Made by a program: the position numbers and the translations under genes
The notes under the pieces: model-generated
Seen by the model: the letters and a program-made list of their open reading frames with translations, nothing else
What the model was told of the DNA's origin: nothing
The model's database searches: none
DNA from: a virus
Virus record (IMG/VR): IMGVR_UViG_3300020200_000009
Coordinates: 1-64,000 of that record
Reading direction: 5' to 3' (one strand)
Length of the DNA: 64,000 nt
Shown here: piece after piece, positions 8,301 to 18,700 of the stretch
How the letters are laid out: the number at the start of each line of letters is the position of its first letter
Position numbering within the stretch: position 1 is the stretch's first letter

Positions 8301-9085
8301 GAAGATGTTACAGAAACCCAAATAATTCTAACGATATTGTTTTTGTCCCTGTTGGACTAGACGAAAATACTTATGATTATAATCGAAGTGGATTTTCAGA
8401 ATTCGAGCAATTTAAATTATGGTTGGGGAATAATTTGACAAGTGGTAGTCTTACTAGTACTCCACTGACTTGGCAGACTGGATCGACAACTACACCTGGC
8501 ACTGGAGGGAATCCGCCAGTAACTACAATAACAACTTCTTCAACTTCATATACTAGATTCACAGTATCTTGTAGTCCAAATCCAGCAACTACTAATGTGC
8601 CAAATCATACCTGTTGGGATACCTTTGTTAGAAAAACTGGAAATGCCACAGGACCCTTGGATGTATATTGTGGATGGGATAATGCTGGAAATCCAATCCC
8701 AGGATTAAGATTCTGGGAAATTACTGGACCTGGAACGGGTGGCACTGTCAATCCATTTTGCTCACAATGTGCGATTCCTCCTGTAACTTTGCTTTTCACT
8801 CAACCTGCTATAGTGCCACCAAATGTAGGATTAGAAAATGTAAATGATGCATCTATAGCCATTGACCCACAACGAATATATACTGATACAAAATGGGCTA
8901 ATAGAAAAGTGTTGTCAATGGGTCCCTATTATGGCACTATGCTTGTAAGGAATTACTTGTCTGGAGGTATTACACAGTTAAGTAGAATGCTACGTAATTT
9001 TGGTAATCCATATTTTGATGAATGTAGTGACCCAGATACTAATCCTTACGTACAAGGAAATGAAATAATAGACTTATCGAGGTAA
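5393..9085 (+). CDS. Large virion structural protein (putative baseplate/spike-associated)
   Basis: 1230 aa under a late promoter; N-terminal PIYRWY...DHKYT / DDFYT repeats (DUF5648-like); 'ITSVNIINGGRGY' modules shared with gp7; adjacent to a PAAR-like gene. Confidence 0.7.
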   Translation: MPAFILETGRGYPNPIDAQGYSTVFKRPASGSYRGGHNPNIGTGTDYQITYEGSGPGSFPLGKDSVHYIGDQEPTCVADCGKTRRPIYRWYRGVKRDHKYTSEPEIRKVDMGCENEDWKEAASGYNAEPRSKKGVFYVMDRYVNGSVPLKAWYSHWPDNSYLTIGTNLPEPAQIGCGRNYYTEVETLGYVFTTQAAAAAYGATVKPLHHYRMGNYGDGNGEAKAIDDFYTITPESEVNLDGPIEPAKRMKREYKYKGILCYVFVESSPESPRKKVVDIGKIGPTGQCVDKSGWYQFKSTGIFSYRGYRTMSGTPGVVGFGNPDNASIISANANFEWLYGLNGAIKGAVPRFLSFEDSYDSQFVYYLYDTSYPWNGPIFGIQYLLNNVPCCPNAMIGPPPTPICNKVENYHSHFYQIRQDSWQTTRTKLTINDLSTYGVNESFVTIDTDSPRIMFRYLTRTGDYNSGEKINGWNITKVLYYGDELKCGVMDLTKNDGVGNAFTYLQQFTSTDGGTIQVLAGFGIGNKAAFAGVYEFPKKVSYYKVEINPEHLIPSRTLDVAKAEAVVNEVGAITSVNIINGGRGYRKPNVVAIYPRVDQSWSATDLAKTQEGALSGTTDAAEALPRPEVDGQINDVVRDAVKAQGIEDKRIKFPIDKDGDKFELRQAKLKVTELSPDGVIMSIGVVDGGAGYSQSELPSVFITDPDVYTRKAEDLGPLDKETDYFTKDAFKNVKIPSSVGSSGGDGISQLKNIIQSSFNILQQNTGGDLNAGGAVQVPDSYIRMAEIDTAKTRYCTNLPATCINIDGDTGGVLTSLPNAENFKYLMANSGFAKFYKEGMSQVYDIVKKNDEHSRTVGKGLYGAQGGNPCLDVSQPKLYNVQRWFDVPCAYLAVGSDGKQKAFGYMPFKYCASNEIDASFTVSLHFEGSTIGPQGAQFMNFLNTFKKPKLTEKRKADGGYKTWSCTQGVVKGRCYRNPNNSNDIVFVPVGLDENTYDYNRSGFSEFEQFKLWLGNNLTSGSLTSTPLTWQTGSTTTPGTGGNPPVTTITTSSTSYTRFTVSCSPNPATTNVPNHTCWDTFVRKTGNATGPLDVYCGWDNAGNPIPGLRFWEITGPGTGGTVNPFCSQCAIPPVTLLFTQPAIVPPNVGLENVNDASIAIDPQRIYTDTKWANRKVLSMGPYYGTMLVRNYLSGGITQLSRMLRNFGNPYFDECSDPDTNPYVQGNEIIDLSR

Positions 9086-9086
9086 C

Positions 9087-9617
9087 ATGGCATACGGACT
9101 ACTCAAACCAGTTGCAAGTTTAAATGGACTTCCCTGTTCAGGACACGGATTATGTATGCCTGCCACTATCCACTCGGTGCAAGTTTGCAGCAGCCCACCA
9201 GTTCCGTATTCTATTTACATTAAGAATTTTACATGTTGGTGGCCACCCCTACCATTAATCCCTATTTTTCCAGTTACACCAGACCGAGCTACAGTGCTTG
9301 TAAACTTTATTCCAGTTATGTTACTGGGGGATGCATTCATTTTTCACTTTTCACCTTGCACAAATATTATTTGGTATATTTGTCCATGTGGAAAAGGTGT
9401 ATGTATAATCCCAACTCCGATAATATGCAGTATTTTAACTGCTGAAGACACAGGTGTCGGACATATTAGAGTTGCAATAGCAACAACATTAACAGTTTTT
9501 GCATTAAAGAGACCAATTGCTCGTATATTGGACCCACTCGGTGTTGGATTTCCTGGATTTTCTTACCCCTGCTCTTCAGTTATTACATTTGGACATCCAA
9601 CAGTACTTGCATCTTGA
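9087..9617 (+). CDS. PAAR-like spike-tip protein (gp5.4-like) with a Cys-rich insertion
   Basis: CSGHG N-motif; KRPIARILDPLG...PCSSVITFGHPTVLA C-motif typical of PAAR/gp5.4. Confidence 0.65.
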   Translation: MAYGLLKPVASLNGLPCSGHGLCMPATIHSVQVCSSPPVPYSIYIKNFTCWWPPLPLIPIFPVTPDRATVLVNFIPVMLLGDAFIFHFSPCTNIIWYICPCGKGVCIIPTPIICSILTAEDTGVGHIRVAIATTLTVFALKRPIARILDPLGVGFPGFSYPCSSVITFGHPTVLAS

Positions 9618-9624
9618 CTAGATA

Positions 9625-9633
9625 TGCTATACT
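9625..9633 (+). promoter_or_regulatory. Extended -10 promoter (TGnTATACT)
   Basis: TGCTATACT upstream of the GAGGA RBS and ATG 9655. Confidence 0.45.
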
Positions 9634-9654
9634 TTATATGTTTCTGAGGAAATT

Positions 9655-9801
9655 ATGGCAGCAAAATCAAAAGTTGGACTAGTGAAGACAAACTATACCC
9701 CTGGTAAACCGAAAAAAACTCGGCAAGGGCGTAGTCAAAATACACATCTTGGAGCATCTGCACGAAATGGTCGTAAAAAAAGGTATCGTGGACAAGGTTG
9801 A
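9655..9801 (+). CDS. Small basic protein ending KKRYRGQG (48 aa; not in the ORF track)
   Basis: MAAKSKVGLVKTNYTPGKPKKTRQGRSQNTHLGASARNGRKKRYRGQG with GAGGA RBS. Confidence 0.8.
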   Translation: MAAKSKVGLVKTNYTPGKPKKTRQGRSQNTHLGASARNGRKKRYRGQG

Positions 9802-9964
9802 GACAACGCCAGAGCGCGTAAATAAGGCAAATGAGGCACTTTTTCATGCAACAATGAATCTACCTACTGCAGCTGCACACTGTGGTATGACACAACGAGA
9901 GATGAAAATGACTTTTAGAGAGTTTTTGAAGTCTCATCCTTCAGATTATATGTTGAGTCTCTAA
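9788..9964 (+). CDS. Small HTH-like hypothetical protein (start uncertain: 9749/9767/9788)
   Basis: MNLPTAAAHCGMTQREMKMTF resembles a helix-turn-helix. Confidence 0.6.
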   Translation: MDKVETTPERVNKANEALFHATMNLPTAAAHCGMTQREMKMTFREFLKSHPSDYMLSL

Positions 9965-9967
9965 ATA
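9961..9967 (+). promoter_or_regulatory. Late promoter CTAAATA
   Basis: Upstream of the 10010 ORF / gp25 operon. Confidence 0.6.
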
Positions 9968-10009
9968 TATAAGAGATAGCAACCTCTCTAAAAGTTCTGT
10001 TGACCCTTA

Positions 10010-10207
10010 ATGGAGAAACAGATGGCAAATTCACCCGTAGATTTAGGAAATGAGTTTGTAAAATCGGGGATGACCTTAATTACTGACCCAAACAGTGATA
10101 AATATCTCAAAATGGCGCGAAAGCGCCAGTGCGATCCGCCCAAAGATCGCAATTCTAAATGGTGTGGTGGTAAAAATGGGTTTGATGACTATGTAGAGTG
10201 GATGTAA
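10010..10207 (+). CDS. Hypothetical protein preceding gp25
   Basis: ORF track; abuts the gp25 start (alternative start 10022 with GGAG RBS). Confidence 0.7.
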   Translation: MEKQMANSPVDLGNEFVKSGMTLITDPNSDKYLKMARKRQCDPPKDRNSKWCGGKNGFDDYVEWM

Positions 10208-10621
10208 ATGGCATCTTACAGATTCAGATCTGAAAAATACGTCAGTAGAGCATTTAAGGACTTGGCGATTTCATTTAATCGCAATCCCTCTACTGGCGAT
10301 TTTGGCATAGTTAAAGATGAAAACGCAATAAAACAGTCTGTAAGAAATTTAATACTTACTATGTTTGGTGAAAAACCATTTCAAGAGACAATTGGGTCTA
10401 AAGTAAAGATGCTTTTATTCGAACCGTGGGATGTTTTTGCTAAAGATGTTATCGAAGATGAGATTAAAGACACTATTGCTAGATTAGAACCACGAGTTGT
10501 AGTTGATTCTGTCGATTTAACAGACGATTCTGAGATTAATAGTATTCAAGTTTCTATAGATTATACAATTGTCGGACAAACACTTGTCCAAACCGTAGAT
10601 TTCTTGCTAGAGAAGGCATAA
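10208..10621 (+). CDS. gp25: Baseplate wedge subunit gp25
   Basis: FKDLAISF...ENAIKQSVRNLILT..GEKPF...GS...EPRV; upstream of gp6. Confidence 0.93.
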   Translation: MASYRFRSEKYVSRAFKDLAISFNRNPSTGDFGIVKDENAIKQSVRNLILTMFGEKPFQETIGSKVKMLLFEPWDVFAKDVIEDEIKDTIARLEPRVVVDSVDLTDDSEINSIQVSIDYTIVGQTLVQTVDFLLEKA

Positions 10622-10622
10622 A

Positions 10623-12737
10623 ATGTCAGCAATTCCTTCACAGTTAACCTCTTTAGACTTTTTTGAAATTAAAGAGTCTATTAAATCTTACCTTAGGACT
10701 CGTAAAGAGTTTTCAGATTACGATTTTGAAGGTAGTAGCTCAAATTATCTGCTCGATATTTTAGCGTATAACACATATTACACGGCATTTAACGCAAACA
10801 TGGCGTTAAATGAGGCATTTTTAGAAACTGCTACCGTTAGAGACAATATTGTCAAGGTCGCCAAGCAGTTAAATTATACTCCTAGGTCAATTAAGGCGGC
10901 AGTTGCATGTGTTTCTCTTACTGCACAGACCGATATATCCCAAGATAACGTATCTTATCCAGAATTTGCGACTTTGAAGAAGGGAGATGTATTTGTTGCA
11001 GAAAATAGTAACGACACATATACATTTTGTCTACCTAAAGATGTCCAAGTGCCTGTTGACCCATCAACAGGGATTGCTAAATTTGAAAAAATTCTAATTT
11101 ATCAAGGAAATTTACTAGATTTTAACTATACTGTTGATTATACACAAAAACAAGAGTATATTATTCCTGCAGAAAATGTAGATACTGATTTAATCTATGT
11201 TGATATTGCTCCAAATGCACAATCTAGTGAAATTGACACATATAGTCTTAGTAAAAATGTAACTAGTCTTGATTCGAAGTCAAGAGTCTACTTTTTAGAA
11301 GAAAGTGATGACTTAAGATATAGATTAGTTTTCGGTGATGGTGTTATTGGTCGTAAATTAGTCGATGGAGAGTATATCAATATTACCTATGTCAGTACAT
11401 TTGGTGCTGAAGCAAACGGAGCTAGTGATTTTGCATATATTGGTAACATTATCGATAGTGATAATCGTGTAATATCCCCAGCTCTTATAAACCTTAGCAC
11501 TATAGACCCAGCACAACAAGGAGAGGATAGGGAAACTGGTATATCAATCAAATTTAGAGCACCAAGAGCATATGCTACTCAAAATAGAGCTGTTACCGAA
11601 GCAGATTATGAGCATATCGTCAGTGAGATATATCCAGCAGCGGCGTCTGTAACCGCCTATGGGGGTGAGAAACTCAGACCACCCGTATATGGTAAGGTTT
11701 ATATTGCAATTAGACCTAAAACTGGCACAAAACTGAATGCTACGACAAAAGTTAGAATTAAAAATGACTTAATGCGTTATACAGTAGCATCCGTTGAGCC
11801 AGTCATCATTGACCCAGTGACATATTATATTATTCCGAGGTCATACGTTTACTACAATGGAAATGATACAGGTCTTAGCGGTTCGCAATTATCAACAAAA
11901 CTATTGCAGAATATTGATGGATACAATAAGACAAATGCTCCTAATAAATTTGGAGGAAGAATTGACGGATCTAGATATGCCGCAATGCTGGATGGCAGCG
12001 ACAACGCAATTAGTGGTAGTGTCACCCAACTGACATTAGGACAAAATTTAGATAAATTTGTCTTCAGTAGTGTTTTCAACCAATGCTTAGATTTCGGGAA
12101 TCCATTTTACAATCCAGAAGATTTAGCTGGAAGAGACAAAGGTAATGGTAGTGGTAGTGGTAGTGGAAACCAAGGAAACGTTTGTGCTCCAAGTTTTTCT
12201 GTAGTTAAATCTGGCACATTTTATGCAACTGGTTATTCAGAAGATGTTTTAAATCTTATTACGGCAGATAACACTGCAAATGGGCAGATTACTACTCAAG
12301 TATTTTCATCAACAGACCAAAATAGGAATGTATTAGTGCCTGTTACGATTAGAGATGATGGAAGAGGCAATCTAATATTAGTTACAAAGAAAAATGAAAA
12401 AGAAGTAGTCCTTAGTGCTTCGGTAGGTAGTGTTAATTATCAAAATGGCACAGTTTGCGTTGGTCCATTATCAATTGAAGGCACTCCAGATGGGACTGAA
12501 AGACTTCCTATACAAGTTCTCCCATTTGGTGGGTCAATTAGTATTCCACCTGGCGTTGACCCAACTATTTTTAATCCATCTGTAAATCCTATTGATTATA
12601 CTATTTCAGATATTCCAATCCCAACGTTTGATCCTAATAATTTTAATGGATTTAACTTCGGTAACATATCAGGCATAAATATCATTGATTATCCAACGGA
12701 TACCTTTGAATATCCAGTTACTACATCCTGTTTCTGA
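10623..12737 (+). CDS. gp6: Baseplate wedge subunit gp6
   Basis: LDFFEIKESIKSYL, DYDFEGS, LAYNTYY, FGDGVIG, QNRAVTEADY, YGKVYI. Confidence 0.95.
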   Translation: MSAIPSQLTSLDFFEIKESIKSYLRTRKEFSDYDFEGSSSNYLLDILAYNTYYTAFNANMALNEAFLETATVRDNIVKVAKQLNYTPRSIKAAVACVSLTAQTDISQDNVSYPEFATLKKGDVFVAENSNDTYTFCLPKDVQVPVDPSTGIAKFEKILIYQGNLLDFNYTVDYTQKQEYIIPAENVDTDLIYVDIAPNAQSSEIDTYSLSKNVTSLDSKSRVYFLEESDDLRYRLVFGDGVIGRKLVDGEYINITYVSTFGAEANGASDFAYIGNIIDSDNRVISPALINLSTIDPAQQGEDRETGISIKFRAPRAYATQNRAVTEADYEHIVSEIYPAAASVTAYGGEKLRPPVYGKVYIAIRPKTGTKLNATTKVRIKNDLMRYTVASVEPVIIDPVTYYIIPRSYVYYNGNDTGLSGSQLSTKLLQNIDGYNKTNAPNKFGGRIDGSRYAAMLDGSDNAISGSVTQLTLGQNLDKFVFSSVFNQCLDFGNPFYNPEDLAGRDKGNGSGSGSGNQGNVCAPSFSVVKSGTFYATGYSEDVLNLITADNTANGQITTQVFSSTDQNRNVLVPVTIRDDGRGNLILVTKKNEKEVVLSASVGSVNYQNGTVCVGPLSIEGTPDGTERLPIQVLPFGGSISIPPGVDPTIFNPSVNPIDYTISDIPIPTFDPNNFNGFNFGNISGINIIDYPTDTFEYPVTTSCF

Positions 12738-12750
12738 TAGTAATAAATAA

Positions 12751-15700
12751 ATGCAAAAAAATATTGCCGTTTCAGATAGAGTTGAATTCCAACTTCCAGA
12801 ATTTATTCGTGAGGAAGACAGGCAGTTTGTCCATTTTCTTTTTGAGTATTATAAGTCTCAAGAAAAAACTGGAAGACCTTACGATATTCTAAATAATCTT
12901 CTAAATTACCTAGATTTAAATAATTATTCTTCAGATATTTTATCAAGTAATACCAGTCTACTAAAAGATATTGGTATCTATGATACCAAGATTGAAATTG
13001 AAAATATTGATGGATTCCAACCACAAGATGGGTCCATTATGATTGATAATGAAGTAATCTACTACGAGACTCTAACTCGTGGACCAGATGCTATCATTAC
13101 TCCTGGTATTTCATTTTCTCAATTCAATAAGAAAAAGCAGTTATTAGAAAATCCATTCTCATTATTCAATGGTGTAAGGAAGAACTTTCCACTCTTGTTC
13201 TTGGGCACTCCTGTAGCACCACCATCTGCAGAGCACTTGATTGTTATTACATATAACAGCATGAAAGTGCCAAATGTTGATTACTTTATTGAAGGAGACG
13301 AGATTAGATTTGCAGTCGCACCCAGAGCACGTACAGGGGCTGACGATTCAGAATTTACACAGATTATCTATCTTGTTGGATATGCAGACCAAACAATTAT
13401 TACAACTGATAGTATACCTTATCAGGAATGGGAAGGAACAAAATCATATCCACTGAGAGTAAATACTCAAAGTTATACACCAACTTCTGAAATTGGTTTA
13501 ATTATCGAAAAAAATAATAAACTTCAAATACCATATGAAGATTATACTGTATTCAATCAAGAAGTAATTTTTAAATTTCCTATTGGGGCAGCTGATAAAA
13601 TCAATATTCGCTCTATAGAATATATTGCACCTTCATTTGGGTCTGGTGCACAGGCAGTTGTTTCAGTTGCAAATGATGGGTCAGTTTCCAAGATAATTAG
13701 CACACAAGGTGGAAAAGATTATCGCTTAGAGTTTGCCCCAAAGGTTATTATTCAAAGTAAAGATGGTGGTAGTGGATCTACTGCTAAAAGTTTAGTCAGT
13801 GGCATTAAAAATATTAATTTAATTGATGGTGGTCAAGGATATTCAACATATAATCCCCCAATTCCAGTAGTCGTTGCTCCAACAGATAGTAATGGTAGTC
13901 AGGCAAAACTATCATTAACGGTAGACGATGAAACGGGACAAGTAGATAGTATTACAATTGATAATTCTGGAAGTGGATACGATTTTATTCCAGCAATTAC
14001 TTTTATTAATCCAGGTGGTGCTAAAATTAGTAATCCAACCATTGATAGTGAGGGAAGACTCACTATAGGGTCTATTCAACTAACAAGTGGAGGTAATAAT
14101 TATACAAATGCACCATTAGTATACATTGACCCTGCACCCCCTGGCGGAATTAGTGCCCAAGCAATTTCTAAAGTTGACCAAGATGGTCAAGTCTATGAAA
14201 TTTCCATTACAAATCGTGGTAGAGGATATACAACACCACCTAGAGCACGCATTATCGATCCAATTGGTGCTCAAGTTTTAGATGTAACAGTTTCATCTGG
14301 TGTGGTAACAAATATTGAAATGCTTACAGGCGGATCAGGATATATTGATGCTCCATCTGTTTATATTGTAGATGATAGAAAAGATGCCTACGGAGTACCA
14401 ATTGGAGGCACTGGTGCAACTGCTGTTGCTACAATTTTTAATGGAGAAATTACAGATATCAACATTACAAATTTTGGTACAGGATATTCCACACAATATC
14501 CACCAAAAGTCTTTATTGCAACACCAAAATCTGCAAGAGCATCTGTTACTGTAGGATTCAATGAGGTTACTGGATTTGATATTCTACAGAATGGTAAAGG
14601 ATATTCACCATCTGCGTTTTTAAATTGCTCTAGAGGAGTTTCTGGTGCAGTTGGATATGACCAACAGCATAATGAGATTTATGCTGGAGAATCTGTACTT
14701 AGACAATCAAACCACCCCGCAGGATCTATAGTAACTAATTTGGATTCGTTATTTATCAAAGAAATATTTGATAAATTTAGAAGACAGTATCTTCCAACTA
14801 TCTCGATTGATTATTCTTCGGTAAATCCTGTACAAATTATAAAACAGATTAAAGATTATTATATTTCAAAAGGCACGAAACTTGCTACTCAATATCTCTT
14901 CAAAATTATGTTTGGAGAGGAAGTTGATGTTTATTATCCAAAGGATGAAATTATTAGTCCATCTGCAGCAACTTGGGTTGTAGATACAATCTTACGTGTA
15001 GAATTGATTAGTGGCAATTCAGAAAATCTTCTAGATTCTGAATTAATACAATATGCGGATCCTGTAGATCTTAATATAAAACCCGCAACGGCTTTAATTG
15101 AAAATGTTATCAGCATTATTCAAGGTAAAGATACCATTTATGAATTAGAAATTTCCGAAGAAACTCTTGCAGGGTCTTTTGTTATTCCTTATAAAACTAC
15201 TCTCGTTGAGCCTTTAACTACGACTTCAGAAATTATTACTGTTGACTCAACAATTGGATGGCCAGAAAGAAATGGCACAATTCTAATTGATGATTATGAA
15301 GAAGTCCAATATAAAGAAAAATCACTTAACCAATTTATTGAATGCACTAGAAAGAAAAATATTTCTGTTGGTGAAGATTGGGATCCTGGCACTACAATTT
15401 TTAGTAATATTTTTGTATATACAAACAAAGGCACTGACAGAGAGTGTAAGTTAAGAATATTAGGTATTGCAGAAGCAGGAACAACTGTCCTTGATGACAC
15501 TGGGTCTTATTACTTACCAGGGGATAAATTAAAAGTTGCAAATTTAGGATCGACTGTAGTTGGAGAAGAGAGATTAAACTCTTGGTTGTATAATGTCAAG
15601 AAACTGATTAAAGTTGATACTGTTACATCTGGTGGCGTTAATAATCAAACAGCAACTATAAAATGTAAGAATCCTCATGGATTGTTAGTTTCTGACCAAG

Positions 15701-18700
15701 TTACAATTTATGGTGCAAACCCTGTAGTTTATAATGGCACATTTATTGTAACGTCTCGTATTGATGACCTTACATTTTCATATCAATTAACTACTCCAAC
15801 TACCATAGTCCCTCAAGGTAATATTATTCTTTCTGTTGACTTAAACAGAGGGAAGTCTGATGTTACTTCAATTAATAAAATAATCAACGAATTTACCTCT
15901 AACGTTCAAAATACATTCTTCAACAAAGATTATGTCTATGTTGCTGCAAGTGGTCTTCCAAACTATAAAATTGGACCTTTTACTGGGTCTGCCCTTATTC
16001 CTGGAAATCAACGTAAACTACTAAGATTCCCCAGAAAAGTCCAGACTATTTCAGAAAGACAAAGTATTACTCCTGGCACATCTATTGGTGCCTGGATAAA
16101 TGGAGTTTCAATTTGGTCTTATAAATCAAGAGAATTCGTTAGATTTGGACCCATTACATCTATTGATGTTTTAAATGGTGGTGATGGATATGATGCAGGA
16201 AATCTACCTGCGCTAGAAATTAACGGTGGTAATGGCACAGGTGCTGCAGCAGAAGTGGAAATTAATGGAAAATTAGTTTCTTTTGATGTAACTAATAAAG
16301 GCAGTGGTTATACCGAACAACCTTTAGTTTCCATTGTCGGTGGTGGTGGTGTTGGTGCTACTGCACAAGCAGTTGTTACTGGTGGCAAAGTAACTAGAAT
16401 CTTAGTTGAGCAACCTGGTAGTGGATATACATCTCAACCATCAGTATCTATTACTGGTGGTGGGGGCACTGGTGCAGTTGCTGTTGCTAGCGTTAGAGGA
16501 CCCGTAAAATCTGTTAAGGTTACTGCTTTTGGTAGTGGGTATACGTCAGTGCCAACTATTAGATTGAATTCTGGTGAAGATGCATTAGCACAACCAATTG
16601 TAATTAATGGTCGTCTCGTTTCCATTGCTATCATTAATTCTGGAAAGGGATATACAACTCCACCTACACTTGTTATTAATGGAGATGGTTTTGGTGCTAT
16701 TGCAAAAGCAATTATTGGTACAGTTGGTGAAGATAAAGGTCGAGTTTTAAGTGTTGAAATTCTAAACAAAGGTATCGGATACACTCAAGGTAATACGACA
16801 ATTAGATTAGAATCTGTAGGTGAAAATGCAACATTCCAAGCAAATGTATTTGAGTGGAATAAAAATCTTCAATCAGAGTTATCTGCTAAGTTTGATTTTG
16901 CTAGTGGTTACGTTTTTACAGGAGCAAATAATCAGTTTGGTGGAGAATATGCTCACCTATCAGATCCTAAGCAGTTAAGATATGTTGTTGGTGACAATGT
17001 TTTCTTAAATCCTGTTACACAAAAATTCCAAGAATTAAGTGCAAACTTTAAGCACTCCCCAATCTTAGGTTGGGCATATGACGGCAATCCAATTTATGGT
17101 CCATATGGATATATTGACCCAACAGACCAAAATAGTGGCATTAGAAGACTTCGCACATCATATAAGTTAAAGACTAATATTGTATTTGATGCCATTACTA
17201 ATCCAACTCCTGCCCGTATTGATGGTCCATCATTAACAACATATCCTGCAGGGACTTTCATCGATGATTACTTCTATAATTTCCAATCTGGAGATTTAGA
17301 TAATTATAATGGTCGTTTTTGCAAAACTCCAGATTTTCCAGATGGAGTATATGCATATTTTGTCACTGTTGATGCATCGGATGCTGGTATTGCAGAGTTT
17401 CCATATATTGTTGGACCTCAATATAATTCATTACCAGATGGTTGGAATTTTGGTCAAGGGGCAACCCAAGAAAATATTCCAATGGATGTTGTTAGGTTTA
17501 GAGACCCATTTACTGATGTTGATATTGATGTAGAGCGCCAACCAAACCAAACAACTAGTATACTTACTACAGAAATTGAAGGATATCCAATTGTTTTTGA
17601 TATTCAAGATTCAAATAACGATGGGTTGATTGACGCAAATGAACAACAAGAGGTATTAGAGTTATCAGAAGAAGCAACTCTACAAATTTTTGATTACTTC
17701 CCACAAGTATCTGTAGAATCTAGAGTCGATATTGAAGTTGAGAGCACTACTCAATTTGAAGATGCTATAATCGATGGATTTGTAATTGAAAATCCAGGTG
17801 TTTCGTATCAAGTAAATGATGTAGTATTTTTTGATAATGAAGGTACTGGTGGATTTGGTGCATCTGCATTAATTGATTCCGTTAAAGGTCAAAAACTTGT
17901 TAGTTATACAAAAGAAATTATTGCTGATAAACCATATGGTGTAATAACAACTGAGATTGGACATGAATTAAAGCAGAATGATGAAATTATTGTAGATTCG
18001 ACTCCAGTCCTTGATAATACCAATAAAACATTTAAAGTTAAAGTTGTTGCTGGTATCGAAAAAATTAATATTATACAAAGCGGCACAGGATATAACGAGA
18101 CTATTCCACCAACATTTGAATTACTGTCAGAAACTGGACAAGATGGTGCACTTGAGCTGGTATTAGAAAATACTGGGCAAATTAATAAAGTTAATATTAT
18201 TAATTCTGGAAATGCATATGATACTGCAAATCCTCCAGAGATTCGTGTATCACACCCACAACAATTTAAGAAAACTCGTTATTGGTTAACTGAGTATTAT
18301 GAAGCATCTGGTGTAGTAAGAGTTTATCACTCTGTAACTACTTCTCAAAGATTTACATATATTTGTGGAAGTATTACTGAAACAGATGGTGATATTGCAG
18401 GATTCATTGCTAAGTTTGATGACCTTGGATCTAAGGTTTGGGAGAGAAATTTACTTCCACAAAACGCTGGTCAAAAACGATTAGAATTTGTCAAAATGGT
18501 GGTCACTGAAGACACCGAAAATGATTTTATCTATTTGGTTGGTCAATCATATAATACTGGAAGCACACAATATAATCCAGATGTCTTCCTTGCATTATAT
18601 GAGTCTGGATATAATAATGCAAATGTCCCTGATGGAATTCTGAAGTGGCAAAGGTCAATTGCTGGTATTTCTGGTAGCACTAGAAGAGATTATGTAACGT

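Noticed and set aside
12141-12167. GGTAGT microsatellite in gp6
   Set aside because: Simply encodes a short Gly-Ser linker
12743-12749. ATAAATA directly before the gp7 ATG as a late promoter
   Set aside because: Too close to the start codon to yield a transcript containing it; ATAAATA at 12675-12681 or read-through is more plausible
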